58,884 bases of DNA, filler included, from Platydemus manokwari (GCA_037951405.1; 6 parts of 6 records of this genome joined end to end with filler, not necessarily neighbours in it), one strand, 5' to 3'. Counted from the first letter of the whole stretch, positions 38,564-52,850 are shown. A program made the numbers and translations. The notes: generated by a model not told the origin, from the letters alone.

Positions 38564-41500
38564 AAAAAAGCAACTCAGACAACTTCATCAACTACTCCAA
38601 TGCCAATCAATAGTCCAATAAAATATGTTCAACAGCAATCTCCTGGTACAATCCATCAGTCACCTTCACCATATCAACAAAACATTGTAAATCACAATCT
38701 ACAATCTCCACCAATGTCACAAAAACATAACCAATTTTCATTTATTCAACAGCAGCAGCAACAACAACAACAGCAGCAGCAGCAACAAATGAGTATCAGT
38801 GCTGAAATGATCAATATTAACAATCAAGGATTATCAAAGATAAATCAAATGAATTCTTTACAGATTGGTCCAATGTGTTCATCACCAATGGGTTACAGTA
38901 AAGTAAATTGAAATTGATTATCAATCTAATTCAATAGATCTCATAAATAATATAATAATAATTATTAAATAATTATAATTGATTTTTTATTATAAATATT
39001 ATATAAATATATAAATAATTAAAATTTCATTTACTAGTACGAATTGTTTGCATCTCAAGCTCCTGATCAACAGGTAATTTATCAACAAGAATTTAATAGT
39101 CCTCATCAATCATCATTGCAAATGCAAGTACATCAACAAGCAATGATGAATAATTCACAAAATATCGATTCTATAAGAATGCAACAGCAGCAACAACAAC
39201 AACAAGTTGCAATCAATCAATCCAATATTGTAAATCCCTCAACTCCATCTTTATTAGAAAATGAATCTTTAAATTCTCCTAATAAACAATATTGTGATTC
39301 AAATTTATCTCTTTCTAATCAACAATATCTTCAACCACCACCTCCACCACCAACTTGGCCACCAGTATCTGATCATCCTTCAATGCCGGCACCTTCATCA
39401 ATGAATGCATATCATCGTTTTAAAGGTGCTCAATCTGGTCTTATAAGTCCACTAGGTTCTCATAATTCGATACAAATGTCTCAACAATTATGTTGTCCAA
39501 CTAATGATAAAACATCAATTAATCGAGATAAATTGCAAGTTTCCACAAATATTAATTCTAATTCTGATGTTGTTTTATTGAACTCATCCTCAGCATCATC
39601 ATCATCAGCATCAATAAATCAATCAATGACACCAATATCACCAATCATTAAGGATATCAATGCTAATAATCAACAACCAATCAATTATGATATTGATACC
39701 AATAATAAATTGAGAGATATTATTAATAAACGCAATAATATTATTAATAATAATAGTCAAAAACAGCAAAATAATAATTTTAATCCAACTCAAATCTATG
39801 CTAATTCTCCATCTGGTATTGGTAATGTTAGTAATAATAATAATGGTGATAATTTATTATCTAGCCCTTCATCTGATCATAATTATAATCTAAATAATAA
39901 TAATAATAATTTACAGCAAATTCGTTCCAATGTTTCTTTATCATCACCATCATCAATAGTATCGAATATTGTAGAATCTGCTCCATCATCATCTATATCA
40001 GATCATGATAATTGTATGAATATTTCTTTCTCATCCATTAATCGAATAAATAAATCACAAACTCCCCAACCATCACCTTTACCACAATTACCGCCTTTGC
40101 CACCATCACCATCACCGATTACTATCAATAATAATCAACAAACATCATTACAAATGGTACCAATTGCATTTTCACCATCTCATATGTCGGATGAAAATTG
40201 TTCTATACAATCACAGCAAATCATTTCTAATAATAGTAACAATAATAATATTCAAAGGCAATATCAAATGACAAATAATTGTTATATGGATCATTCTAAT
40301 CAACAGAAATATTCTATTAATCAATCATCTATTAATCAATATGTTATATTGGAATCAAATAGTAGTAATAACAATAATAATATTACTAATGATCCAAATC
40401 ATATGACACCTAAATTGATTACTCAAAATTCCCAACAACAACACCCTCAACAGCAACAGCAACAACAGAGAATTCGTCACACTTCAAATCAATCCAATCC
40501 TGGATCTATTGTTGATCAACAACAATTATGTAGATCACATATTATGTCAGTGAATGTTACTGCCGGTGGTAATGGGAATAATGGAAATATTAATTATTTA
40601 TCACAACCAAAATTTAATCCCAATCAAAAATATCAACAAGAAATGTCTCCTCAAATTCGAAGTCCATATAGACAAGGATCATTACCACCACAACTACCTT
40701 TGCCAACACCATTACCATCATCACAACAACAGCAACAGCAGCAGCAACAACAGCAACAACATAATCTCGATATTGTTGCTTTATCAAATATAAATCATGG
40801 AAATATGAATGAGGAATGCATTTCATTATCTGATTCAAATATGACAGGTGCTGGATCAATACACATGGATACGAGAATGTCTCCTAATATTATGCAATCA
40901 CCTATATCTCCATATACTACGAATACACAGCAACAACAGCAACATAATAGCAACAACAACAACAATAATAATAACATACAACATCAATCTACCAATGTTC
41001 ATCAATTAGTTCATAAATTTCAACAGCCATCTCGACCAATATCAACTGGACTTGGAAAAAGTTTTGATTTATCTGGTTGTCAAATGTATTCACCAAGAGG
41101 AGATAATCATACACCACAATCATCACAAATATCTATACAAAACCAATCTGGTAGTGGTAATAGTAGTGTTGCCAGTGGAGGAGGTGGCAGTGGTGGTAGT
41201 GGAGGTGGAGGTCCAGGTACTCCAAAAAGCCCATGTTCTATTCAAAATAAAACATCTGGACCACTTTCACCATCAACAAAAGTGACAAATATTTCTTTAA
41301 ATCTCAATTCACATCAAAACAGTTTGATCAATACAAATAGCCGAATCAATCAACAACAACAATCTCTCAGTCCAGTTGCTACTAGCATGTCATCGCCAGC
41401 ATCAATGATGCAATCAAGTCCATTGGTAATAATAATATTTAATTCATAATTTTCCTATTTGTTTGTCATGAATTTTAGTTTCCAACATCGAATCCACATT

Positions 41501-44322
41501 CAATTAATAGCGATTATGAATCACTCCAACAATCATTCACATCAAAGTCATCAACAACACATCCATTAACACCAATCAATCGAGATGAAATTGGTGGATT
41601 TGAACCACCAGTTATTGTAACCAGAGTTAATGTTGATCGGAAAAATCTCGTTGCTACAACATCAAGTGATAATGTTGTCAATATTAATCATGAACAACAA
41701 CAACAACAGCAGCAACAGCAACAACAACAATATCGACAACAAATGGTCAATAATAATAATAATGAAATAATATCAAATAATACAATTGGTGGAGATATCT
41801 GTTCACCTGGTTCATATCCATCATCTACTGGTTCTACTGGTACAAGTCATCACAAATCATCCAGTAATACCACTACTGGTCTCATGACACAATCACAATT
41901 AAACACTCGACCATGTAAGAATTGTTTATAATAGTATTATTATTATTAATAATAATAAAACAATATATTATTAATTAATTAAATCAATAATATATAATTT
42001 ATAAACTCTTAAATTATTTATTCAATTAGAGCGAATGATGAAAATTTTGATGTGCTTACTCGCAGATTATATGGATTAGAGTTATATTTATTATGATAAT
42101 TATTATCAATTTTGTTATACATTATATTAAAATATAATTATATAATGTGTCGTATTAACTTGATTATTAGAATGAAATGTGTTTAGTTTTATGGTTGAAA
42201 ATGTTATTTATTATTTATGAAATATAAATAAATTTTTGATTTTTTTTATCGAAAAATTATTGTTTGTTTTGTTAATATTATTGATTTAATATTTCATGTT
42301 TTCTCTTTTTTAAACATTGAAACCATCATTATTTTATGGTCATCTATATGAACAAATTAAGGTACGTCGAATATTATTTGAATGCGTGTATCTATGTGTA
42401 TATTGATGATACTAATATAGATTTGTTTATGTTTATATTAATTTATGTTACCAAGTTCATGTATTTTATGAGATAACATTTATTATTATTGTTATTATTC
42501 ATATTAATACTGTTCTTTTTTCAGTTTCGAGATCCAATAATTCTAATCATGAAGATCCAAGAACAATTCATGCTTTATCTAACAGTACAAATTTTCTCTA
42601 TAGATCTGTGAGTCAACCACCACAACCACCATCACATCTTGATGATATAATCGCCAGTGTGGTGTCTGATTCGATAGCTTATAATGATGATACTCCTATC
42701 ACCCAATCGGCAGCCTTACAGCGACAAAATTCAACTGAATCCACTAATCTCGTCAATTCTTCAATAACTATTTCAAGTTATGATCAAGAAATAAAAAATA
42801 CTCCTGGTTCATCATTAATTAATAATACAATTCTTGATCCATCAAATGAGCCATTGGTGGCTCAATACCAGAGCAATATTAACAATAATAGAACTGGATC
42901 AAGAAATCTATCCAATAATCAATTGATATTCAATTCACCAAACAATTCCAATCAATTGAATATTAATCAAGCTAACCAACTTCTTAATTCTAAACAATCC
43001 TCATCAAACAGTTTTTGGTTGACATCATCTACCAACATTAACCCAGCAGCCAAAAATCAACAGATGTGTATATCTAATGCAACTCAGCTCATTGGACAAT
43101 TTGCTAATAATCAGTCCAAAATTATACAACATGGTCAAAATTTATATCAGGTGAATATTTTATAGAAATTATTATCATTACAATAATTATTATCAAAATA
43201 ATAATTATCATAATTATTATCATTATAGTTTTTGTTTTTCAATTCTAATATATTGATTTATCTTGATTATGCATAATGCTCTTGTATTTAAAAGCAATAT
43301 GAATTATATATTTATGCCACCGTACAATAAATTGTAAATAATATTTGTGATAAATATAAATAACTGATTCATAAATTCAAAAAATGCTGTATTCATCTTG
43401 TTTACAAAATATCTAGTTTTATATGATTAAAATTATTTTTAATAATGTTACTTCCTGTCTAATAATAATATCGATTATTACCAATATGATTTATCACTAA
43501 TGTATTTGGAACAAAATTGATTAGTTTTTTCATTTCATGTAGATGTATTCACCAAACAATTCATCTCAACAAATTATTTATACTCCTTCATCTATTGAAT
43601 TAAATCCCAATATAAGCACAAATAATAATGAGCAGCAAATTAATATGCTTACAGTGACATCATTGTCTAATCGTCAAAATTATCAATCTGTGCCTTTCAA
43701 TTCTATGAATCAATCAATCAGTGGTTATCAAGGTTCAATCGATATGGGACAAAATAAATCTCTTTCGGAATCAGATAAAAGTCTTGTACAATCCACTGAT
43801 CAGATAATGAGACAGTCTACTCGACAACAAGCAAATAATAATAATACTACAATGATCAAATTAAACCAGCAACATTTTTCTGGTATACAACAAATAGGGA
43901 AAACAAACAGTATTCAGATGCCTCAAATATCAACTCTTCCACAAAGTCAATTTCTCTATTCACCGGGTATACATGGTCAAGGTCAAAGTGTTGCCATGGT
44001 TGCTCAGTCGAACAACCAAATGAATTCAGGAAATAATTTAATTATGGGACCTCCTGTTTCGAATCTGAGACCGAACACTAACGTTGTAGCTCAACGATTT
44101 ATATGTTCAATCAATTCTAATGTTGGTGGTTCTAATAATCCAGGACAATCACCGCAATATGTTATCAATACTGCCCAAGGTAGTGGTGGTGGTGCTTCAC
44201 AATCTCCACAGCAGATTTCTTCTTTGATGATATCTAATAACAACAATAATTCAATGAACAATAACAACAATAACAACAACAATAATCAAGATATGTCCAT
44301 GAATTTTGGTCATTATAATTGA
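38564..44322 (+). CDS. C-terminal ~1520 aa of a large Q/N/S/P-rich low-complexity protein (probable transcriptional co-regulator; family not identifiable)
   Basis: Exons 38564-38902, 39038-41425, 41479-41914, 42525-43150, 43543-44322 join in frame at canonical GT-AG sites; polyQ/polyN tracts, many SP motifs, LDDII motif; AATAAA ~44425. The 5' exons lie outside this contig. Confidence 0.85.
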
Positions 44323-45099
44323 TTTGGTTCAATATGTGTTGTACTTATGGAAATCGTTAGGTCGTTATCGTCATACCAGTATTTCTTGTTTCTTTTCTTA
44401 GGTGATTTTGTCAAATGCATTGTAAATAAATATCCATCGTTTCAGCTGATATATCATTGCAGTTATTATTACTATTATTATATTGTTACTAATAATAATA
44501 TTATTATTATTATCATTTAACTAATTATTATTGTTAAATGTATTTCTTCTAATGAAATGAATCGTGATTATTATTCAAATAATGAATATAAATATAATTT
44601 CATTATCTGTTTTTCTTTTTATTATTTATTCTAGTGAGGTTTCATATTAATATAGACTAATATTGTCATAGATATTTCAAATATTTGTTTAAATTATTCT
44701 TATGGGATATAATAATGTAATCATCGCCTTGCTATTCTCGTTATCGATATTTTCAATGACTATTTTTCTAAAACAAAGGTCCATGGAATATTAATTTGCG
44801 ACATACATGGTTTTCATAGATGATTTGAATTTTATAAAATCGAAAAATTAATAAGTCATTAATATAATATAATCAGTCTAATAATAGAATCTATTCATTT
44901 GATAACTAAAATAATGCTCATTCTGACCATTCTCCAGGTCAACTTCATTTTGTATATTTAGAAAAGATATTTTACTTATGTATCTAAAAGGTAATGTTAT
45001 CATATATCCATTTCGAATTTTGGTCATTATGTCATGACAATAATTTATAATTATAATAATAAAGAAAAAAAACTAAAGTATGTTCATATGTAAAATGGA

Positions 45100-48000
45100 T
45101 TAAATATCACCGATTTTGATCACTATTTTAAAAAAGTGTTACGTCCGGGCGACACCGATGTATCCTAAATATTAGTCCCAGTTTATGAACCTTATTCAAA
45201 TGCCTAAAATTGCTGACACCAGTGGTAATGAGCAATGATATATGATCCCTTTTTAATTAATAACTAAATCTAATAATTACAAATTTTAGAAAAATATGAG
45301 GATATTTACTCTAAGGTTTTCCAGTAGAATACTGAGCATATGCGGAATTTTGATCTGTTTGATCGAAATCTCGATGTTGATATTATTGCACTTCTTCGAA
45401 TGCAACAAAAAGTGAATTCAAATATTGTGTCAGTGGTAATTGTGGATGCTGCCTTATATAGGTAGCGTTTAGTCATCTGTGGAGATTCGCTACGACTATA
45501 ATTTAATGTCGTGCACTTAATATCTTGGAGAGGAGTTCATTTATTCAAACGCAGTATTTGCTCTGTTATTAGTTTAATAAATTATCTTTTAATCGAGTTA
45601 TTGACATTAATGATTATTATCATTTCTACAAAGTTATTTATAAAATATTAATTAAAAGTTCCATTTATTAAACTTAAAATTTTCCAAATTATTAATTAAT
45701 ATTTTGTTACGTTCGGGTCTTATTGATTTTATTGTTTTATTAAGCTTCATTCTATTTGAAATCACTGTTGTTTTAATCGGTCTCTATGAGATCTTGATTA
45801 AGGCCACAGGTGTAATTTACCTTATTTTGTTGAATCTTCACATCGTACAACCATATTGTGTGAAGATAATAAGGGTGGCAATAGTGATATGTATTAACTA
45901 CCAGTAACCTATTTAAATTACTAATTGTGCTAAAAACAATGACAATGAACAATGATTAATGACCCCTATTCAATTAATAAATGATACTTGCTACTACAAA
46001 TGTTTATTAATAATTGACACCGATACAAATTGATTAACAATAATATAATAAAAATTACAAATGGATTTTGATACTACACTATATATTAACTTATAACGGA
46101 CCTTAGCAACTCTTGGATTAAGAAAACGGTTCATAAACTTCCTCTCGTGGAGCTAAACCCTTTACCTTTCGAGATGATTGGGTTAAAACTCAATAATAAG
46201 AGATAATTGATACGATATATAATATAAATTAGTATTTTACTCGAATGGATCTTACTGTGAGGTCTTCCAGTAAAATACGGGGCATATAGGGAATCCTTAT
46301 CTCCTGTACTAAGTGGTCTCTATTATGCGGTTCTTGAATACAAAATAATGTCTTCTCCGGTGTATAACAATCGATTTAATATGTAATTGTGCCTTCAGTA
46401 ATGTGTTAATGTGGCAGTGTTAATTTTGACTGTTGCTTTATGTGGGCAGCGGTGAATCACTCGTAGATATAATCTGCGATTAAATCTAATACCAGTGAAT
46501 TTATTATTTTTACTGGAATTTTTCTACCAGTGAGAGAAATTCTAAGATAAAATTTATTATACAGAGAAATATTCTCTCTGATCAAATTCAATCGGCTGAA
46601 TAATTTATTCAGTGACTGTATTCAATGTGTGAGATAATAGGTGACAATTTATTTTTCAATGTTGTTGCGCGATAATATATTGTGTGCTGTTATTTTATGA
46701 ATACATCCTCATTTAGGGAATTTAATGGCTTTTTCTTGTATGGGGTTTTTAAGGTATTGTTATTTCAGATATTTATAGATAATAATTATTATAAATACTA
46801 ATATAATATAATATTTTAAGCTGATTGCATTCAGATGTTCTAAGAGTTGTCAAATTATAAAAAATACATGTTGATTAAATAAAGATTAATACAAAAAAAA
46901 TAAAGGCACGTGTCATACGTATTGCCATGTGTAACATATATGATTGTTATAAACATTTATACAATATTGTCTGAATTAATATTTTGGTCAAAACCTTAAC
47001 AATGTTATCTAATTTACTTTATTTTGCAAAATTCTATTATTAATGAAATATCTTAAACCATTTTAATTTAAGTGTGATTTAAAAGTGTTAGAAGATAAAA
47101 ATAAAATATAAAATATATTAATATTGGTTCAAGAAACAATTGCTCTAAAGAATTTTTGTATTCTTTACTAAAGCCGAAATTCTTTTCTTCATCTTCGAAT
47201 GCCATCTGTTCGATAATATTACTTATCACAGAATCCTCTTTCTTGTTGAAAATTATTATTATTATTGACTATTACCTACTTTTTCTGCGGTTTCTAATTA
47301 TTTTAGAGTTCCTTGAATTATCTTAAATCATTTTTTATTAGTAATCTGTTCTACCATGGTATGATAATTATTAATTGTTCTTAAATTTTAGTCACCTTAT
47401 GTCAACATTTTTGATTATTTTGATCATATCATCTGCTTTTTTTATTATCATTTTCGTCTATATGTATTAATCAATTACTTTTCTTATTAAATAGTTGTTG
47501 AGTGAGATGAAATTCTGCAAAAAGAAAAACGAAATTACATCTTGGAACCTTTGTTTTGGCACTTTGAACATTTGCATGCCTATACAATAAGCCAATCATA
47601 GCGAAGCTAGAAGGTGAATTACAATTGGGAAAAAGGGCATAACTACACAAAACACACATTTAGGGATTGACCAATCCCATTCATGTAAAAATCTAAAAAC
47701 CCAATAAGAATACAGAAAGACAAACACCAAATCAAATTGTAGTACAACATGACACGGAGGAATACACACAGATCGAGAGTATAAAAACCAATGTAAAGAT
47801 GGACAACTGCCAATTGAAAGCCAGATTTAGGTAAATACACTGTGATTGTGTGTTGATTATTGTGGTTGTATATTGATTAATATATGTAATTTTGGTCTCA
47901 GGAGTTTTGTAATTCATTGTTATTCAACATAATCTTGCTTTTGTTCCTTTTCTATTTCTTGTATCAGTGTCTACGGTTCTCACACATGTGTTGGTTCTAA

Positions 48001-48330
48001 CATTTTTCTCCTGTTTCTTAGGTATCTGGAACATATAATTAGCATTCACATTGGATTTTCCAGCTCTATATATTATTTTAATATTATGGTTCTGAATCTT
48101 CAATGCCCATCAGATTAATCGACTGATAGTATCTCCATAGTTCATCAATCTTTCCAACGATTTTTATCCCTTTTTAGTACTATTTCTGTTTCATAAATGT
48201 ATTGTTGGAATAGATTTAGAGCGAATATTATGCATAAACATTCATTTCTCAGCCACCTTAGTGATTGAATAGAGTATGCTATGACATGAGTATTAGATAT
48301 CTTCAATGTATGAAAAAAATCTTTCAAACT
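45100..48330 (-). mobile_element. decayed Gypsy pol (RNase H region) followed by two tandem copies of an unknown ORF domain; interrupted by a solo LTR
   Basis: HVIAYSIQSL..ECLCIIFALNLFQQYIYETEIVLKRD (48300-48160) and LKIQNHNIKIIYRAGKSNVNANYM (48100-48030) match Gypsy RNase H motifs; downstream same-strand relics QEIRIPYMPRILLEDLTV (46310-46250) and KQIKIPHMLSILLENLRV (45360-45305). Confidence 0.65.
47496..47929 (+). mobile_element. solo LTR, 434 bp
   Basis: TGTTGAG...TTCAACA termini; aligns with 54447-54128; no PBS or PPT adjacent; near-TSD TAGT/TAAT; lies antisense within a pol relic. Confidence 0.8.
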
Positions 48331-48510
48331 ACAAAAATTATTACTCCCTCCACCTTCGGATCCATCCCCGAGCCCGGTGAAAAAACCAAAAATTAACATG
48401 TCCGCATATAATTTCAATTGATATTTCAATGGATTTTATTGGGTCTATAACTTAATAACCGGAATTTGACACCAGATGTAAACACTTGTGTGTGTGCTGT
48501 AGCAAATCAT

Positions 48511-48610
48511 NNNNNNNNNNNNNNNNNNNNNNNNNNNNNNNNNNNNNNNNNNNNTTAATTAATTAANNNNNNNNNNNNNNNNNNNNNNNNNNNNNNNNNN
48601 NNNNNNNNNN
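48511..48610. other. artificial contig linker
   Basis: N44-TTAATTAATTAA-N44. Confidence 0.98.
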
Positions 48611-48626
48611 TATTTTATTATCATAC

Positions 48627-48777
48627 CTGTCGGACAATTGAAATGTGGCATTGCTATCGCCCATTTTCTCAGTTGGTCAATTTGTTCATCAATATGTTCT
48701 GGATCTTCTTTCAAATTATCAACAGCAAATTGTTTTGATGATTTGCTAATTTTATCATAATCATATTTATCAGTCAT
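48627..48777 (-). CDS. CRAL-TRIO (alpha-TTP/clavesin-like) paralog, exon 1 only (cut by contig end)
   Basis: MTDKYDYDKISKSSKQFAVDNLKEDPEHIDEQIDQLRKWAIAMPHFNCPT, near-identical to exon 1 at 56433-56283; ~400 bp of upstream sequence also duplicated. Confidence 0.85.
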
Positions 48778-50229
48778 TATCACTGTGTCGATTCTATATA
48801 ATTAAGAAATTATTCACAAAATCGAATCAAACTGATATTTTATAGAAATAAAATAACACACACACCATTGAATGTGAAACACTGAAATAGTTATAAGGGC
48901 ATTGTGATTACTGAGTGCTTATTTTTTACGGCGACAAGCTAATGTAACAGACAAGTGGTCAAATTTTACAATTTCATGGAAATGTACAAATCGATATTAT
49001 CGATATTTTTTAATGAAAGCCTTTTTGTAAATCCAATACGTCACGAAAGCATGTACTTTCAAACAATTTTTCATTCCAGTTAATTAAAATCTTTTCAATA
49101 TTAACCCCATATTTCAGAAAATATATTTTGTCATTGGCCAGCAATAATTTATTTTTCACTGTATCTGAAATTCTTTTATTTCCATGATCTCTGAGATATG
49201 ATTCAGCATAACGAAACCTAGTGTACCAGTTGATTGAAGTTATTTTCTAAAATGGTTTTTGTATTTCAGGTACTTGTCGATATAGGTATCTTATATACTT
49301 TGGTTGTAGAGCATTATGGTATGGCTATTTAATATTGTTTAACACATGTGATATTGTTGTTCTATTCATAATTCCACTATATTGATTTCTCAACAGATAG
49401 ACTGAAAAGGTTCTTATCATTTTAATATCGATTAACACTTTCATGCTTTACATACTGGTTGTATTACTGGGGATAATATTTAGTTTAATATTTGATTAAT
49501 ATTTGACCACACCATTTACATCGTTGCGATACTCATTAATAAGCAGAAGAAACAACTACTGAAAAGCTTGCCAAAACAAACACAGAATTTCAATATTTTT
49601 AAAACCGTTAACAGAAAATATATAATAGGTACAAAAGGGTGGCTGTTGATATACTGTGCAAAAATTTCAAATCGAATGATATCCAGGAAGAGTGGGCTAA
49701 ACAGTAATTTGCAGGACCATTAACGATAAAAAATCTATAATGGATGTTGTTATCGAAATTATCTGAATTTCGGAGAACAAAAGATTCCCTACTTTCGAGA
49801 TAACGGTACACAGATTTGTTTAGGCAGTAATGAAAAACGGAATATAGCAGAATTCCATCATTGGAAAAATCTTTAGCAAGTGATCACGATTAATTGGGCT
49901 AAGAAAGCTAAACTAGACATAGATATATCTGAAGTAAGGCGTTCTATGAAGGCCTTCATGAATCAAAAATAAATTTATCGGCAGTCGAAGCAATCCGTAG
50001 AAATAGCTCTAAAATTTAGAAGATGCCACTGGAGGAAAAATTCCCCAAAAGTGAGGACTGATACCTCAAATCATTCTAAATTGAGGAGCACAATTGATAA
50101 TTATGATAATTATAAAAATAAACTTTTAAAAAATAATAAATTTACTAAATAAACAAATTGATTAATGCTTTAAATTCGTCAAATTTTTCAATCTTGAAAA
50201 TAAGAAAAAGCTATGTGTAAAATAATACA

Positions 50230-51170
50230 TTTAAAGTGACCAGGCACAATTGCCAAATTTGTGAAAATCGTTAAAAACCGTTAGAGCTTTCAAAGCACAT
50301 AAAAGATCTAAGAATCATATTGAAAAATATAATGCTTTAAATATTATATAACAACGCAATTCAATAAATTTCAGAGTTATGTAATAATGCTAAAATGGGA
50401 GATATTTATTAAAATTAATAAGTATTTTAAAACTATATTTACAAAAAAGAAGATTGTGTAAGAAATTCTGTAAAAAGGAATAAACAAAATGTAAAACTAT
50501 AAAATTTAGAAAACGAGGAGTATCCCATTATGTATATATCAACAGTTTCGAAAATTTTTTGAAGAAGGAAATAAATTATAATCTAAACCTCGATGAAAAA
50601 TTAAATAATTGTGACAAATAATATGTGGACAAGATAGGGAAGGGTAATAATGAAAAATGTCGATAATAACATGTAAAAATTTAAAAATTACAATCATCGA
50701 ATAACTATTCCATTTATAATAGCTGTAGAGATTGAATGTCTTGATATAGATATATTTAAGCCTACGTTGTATTTTAAATGAATTAAGTTTATAATTCAAA
50801 TTAAATTCAGATTTTATATAAAATGATATTTATATAAACTTGAATTGATTTGTTTAAATGTTTGTATTTAAATAGATTTTTGGTGTATTGACTTTTCAGT
50901 ACCTTTTTAATGTTTGGTTTTTAAAATAGAAGCGGATAACAAAGTCAAACGATAATTCTGCAAAAATGACAAAAAGCGTGATTAAAATCATAAATAAACA
51001 ACTACCTTCCTGTATTTATTTAAAATTAATTTCTAGATATCAAGATGTAATTAATAATGAAAGGAAATTATTTCAAAGTAAAGATTCCTTGAAAGAATTT
51101 ATAAAATTGATTTTGAAATTTATTAATTTTCAAGAAATAGATGGCTTCATTTACTTCTTTAATATATAAA
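50230..51170 (+). mobile_element. decayed Polinton pPolB-region fragment
   Basis: HNCQICE..AFKAHKRSKNH (C2H2-like) and KIINKQLPSCIYLKLISRY..KLFQSKDSLKEFIKLI resembling the KH.P.s....ivs.y....ly.G.d....Fi segment of Polinton polymerases. Confidence 0.45.
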
Positions 51171-51383
51171 TAACCTGCATGAATAAGGTCAACTACAAAA
51201 CTTTGAATAATAATTGTCCCTTTACCTGATGCATAACTTCTATCTGCTATTGAAAATTTACGCTTATTAATGTAAGTTTAGACACATTTACTTTATTTTA
51301 TGAGAAATGAATTCCTGGAACATATACCTTATTATTTTCAAATACTAATACAGATCATAAAGTAATATATTTTATATTTCCTT

Positions 51384-52850
51384 TTATAAATAGTTTACAC
51401 TTAAGTGTTGCTTTATCAAAGTTGACTTTTTAATGACGTATTCTTTTACTTGCACTCTAATAAAATTTGATTCCTGATATAGAAAATAATGCTTATTTTT
51501 GCTACTAGGAATTTTTATCGGATATGCTTCTGGGCATTCCGTTATATCCATTAACAAATAAATTTTTCCCATTTCCGTTTTAGAGCAATTGTATGCAATT
51601 AAGGCTCTAACTTCGTTACCGACGCTAAATATCGTGATCATCATAAATATTATGGCTTTTCTCTAAAATTTTAAAGATAACAGTCCACTTCTCAATATTT
51701 TACTTTTCTTATATTTTGATTTCATTAAATATATTTGATTTTTATTATTTCTTAATTCAATTTTATTAAATTCCGTATTTTCGTTTTTAAAGATAACGCC
51801 TACATGATTATTGTTATGATTATTAGTATCAAAATATTGATGAAATTGCAAGCCAAAAGCTGCCGTTTAAATGTCGTACGTAACATCATTTTATGCAAAT
51901 TGGCTCCTTTATATTCTCATTAATAATATCTTGCTCGTGAAAAACTCGAGGTTAATTTTATTTGCTTTTCCAATAACACATCCATATCTCAACAAATATT
52001 CATCGTCGTGTAAATTTTACCACAATATGATAAGATAATAACTGCTTCGTTTCTCAACTTTTCTGAAATTCTACTTCTGATTCTCTTTACCTTTATACAC
52101 CAATGCTCTTTGAAATTCTCCTGACTTCATCAAACTGATCTCAAACGGAGGTAGATTTAAACCTTTCTTTTTCCACATTTTTCCACACAACGTAACAATG
52201 CTTCTGAAAGAAGAATTAATAGGTAAACATTGTTCTATATACGGAACTAAAAAATATATTAACTCACCCAAATTACGAAACATTGATATATTTTCTCTGA
52301 TAATTTACAAAATTTTCACTATTTCGCTAAAATTCAATGGCTCCTTCTTTAAAAGCGTGCTCAGCTGTTTTGCATTTCTGTAGAGTTCTGCCTTTCTCCT
52401 ATACATCTTTTTCCTTTTTCACAACAATATCATTTTGTGGCACGATGTCATAAATTATCACATAATCATCATCACGTAGAATTTGATTTAAAAACGTAAT
52501 CTGGCTTCTGATATATCGAACTCTTGAAAAAGAATTTAGTTTTACTTTAATCAAATCTCGTATACAATTTTCAACAAAAATCTCCAAATCTTTTCGTTTA
52601 TAAGTAACCGCTATAAAATCTAACAATTCCGTCATTACCTTCATAAATCCTGAATTAATTCCTCTACTCCTCAAAATCTGCGAACACATAACCGTACAGT
52701 ATTCATTTTCATTTCCGCGTAAATTAGAAAGTTTACGACTGTCCGTAACCGTATTCCAAATTTTTCTCGAAATTTCCTCAAAACGTATCATACAAGTCTC
52801 TAATTTTATTTTCCAACTCCTCAATTTTTTAATAATCTCATTATCATCAA
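51384..52850 (-). pseudogene. decayed ORF: unknown ~400-aa region fused in frame to a signal peptide and a chuvirus/gB-type (class III) glycoprotein N-terminus
   Basis: AIIFMMITIFSVGNEVRA|LIAYNCSKTEMGKIYLLMDITECPEAYP...YFLYQESNFIRVQVKEYVIKKSTLI matches the hydrophobic-signal + L.(G/A)YDC....sLlDv.eC....iQllQ..eF..vkV.qC.I pattern of chuvirus-like G proteins. ORF 51851-51663 is in the same frame, separated by one TAG. Confidence 0.6.

Noticed and set aside
42030-42080. Possible extra exon (NDENFDVLTRRLYGL) in the Q/N gene
   Set aside because: No donor preserving phase 1; the flanking exons already join in frame.
40554-44282. Antisense and alternate-frame ORFs (poly-L/V/C)
   Set aside because: Shadows of CAA/AAT repeats in the Q/N gene.
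45100-47495. Antisense env-like ORF belonging to the LTR at 47496
   Set aside because: That LTR lacks a PPT and interrupts an opposite-strand pol relic, so the ORF relics are better explained as sense cargo of the older element.
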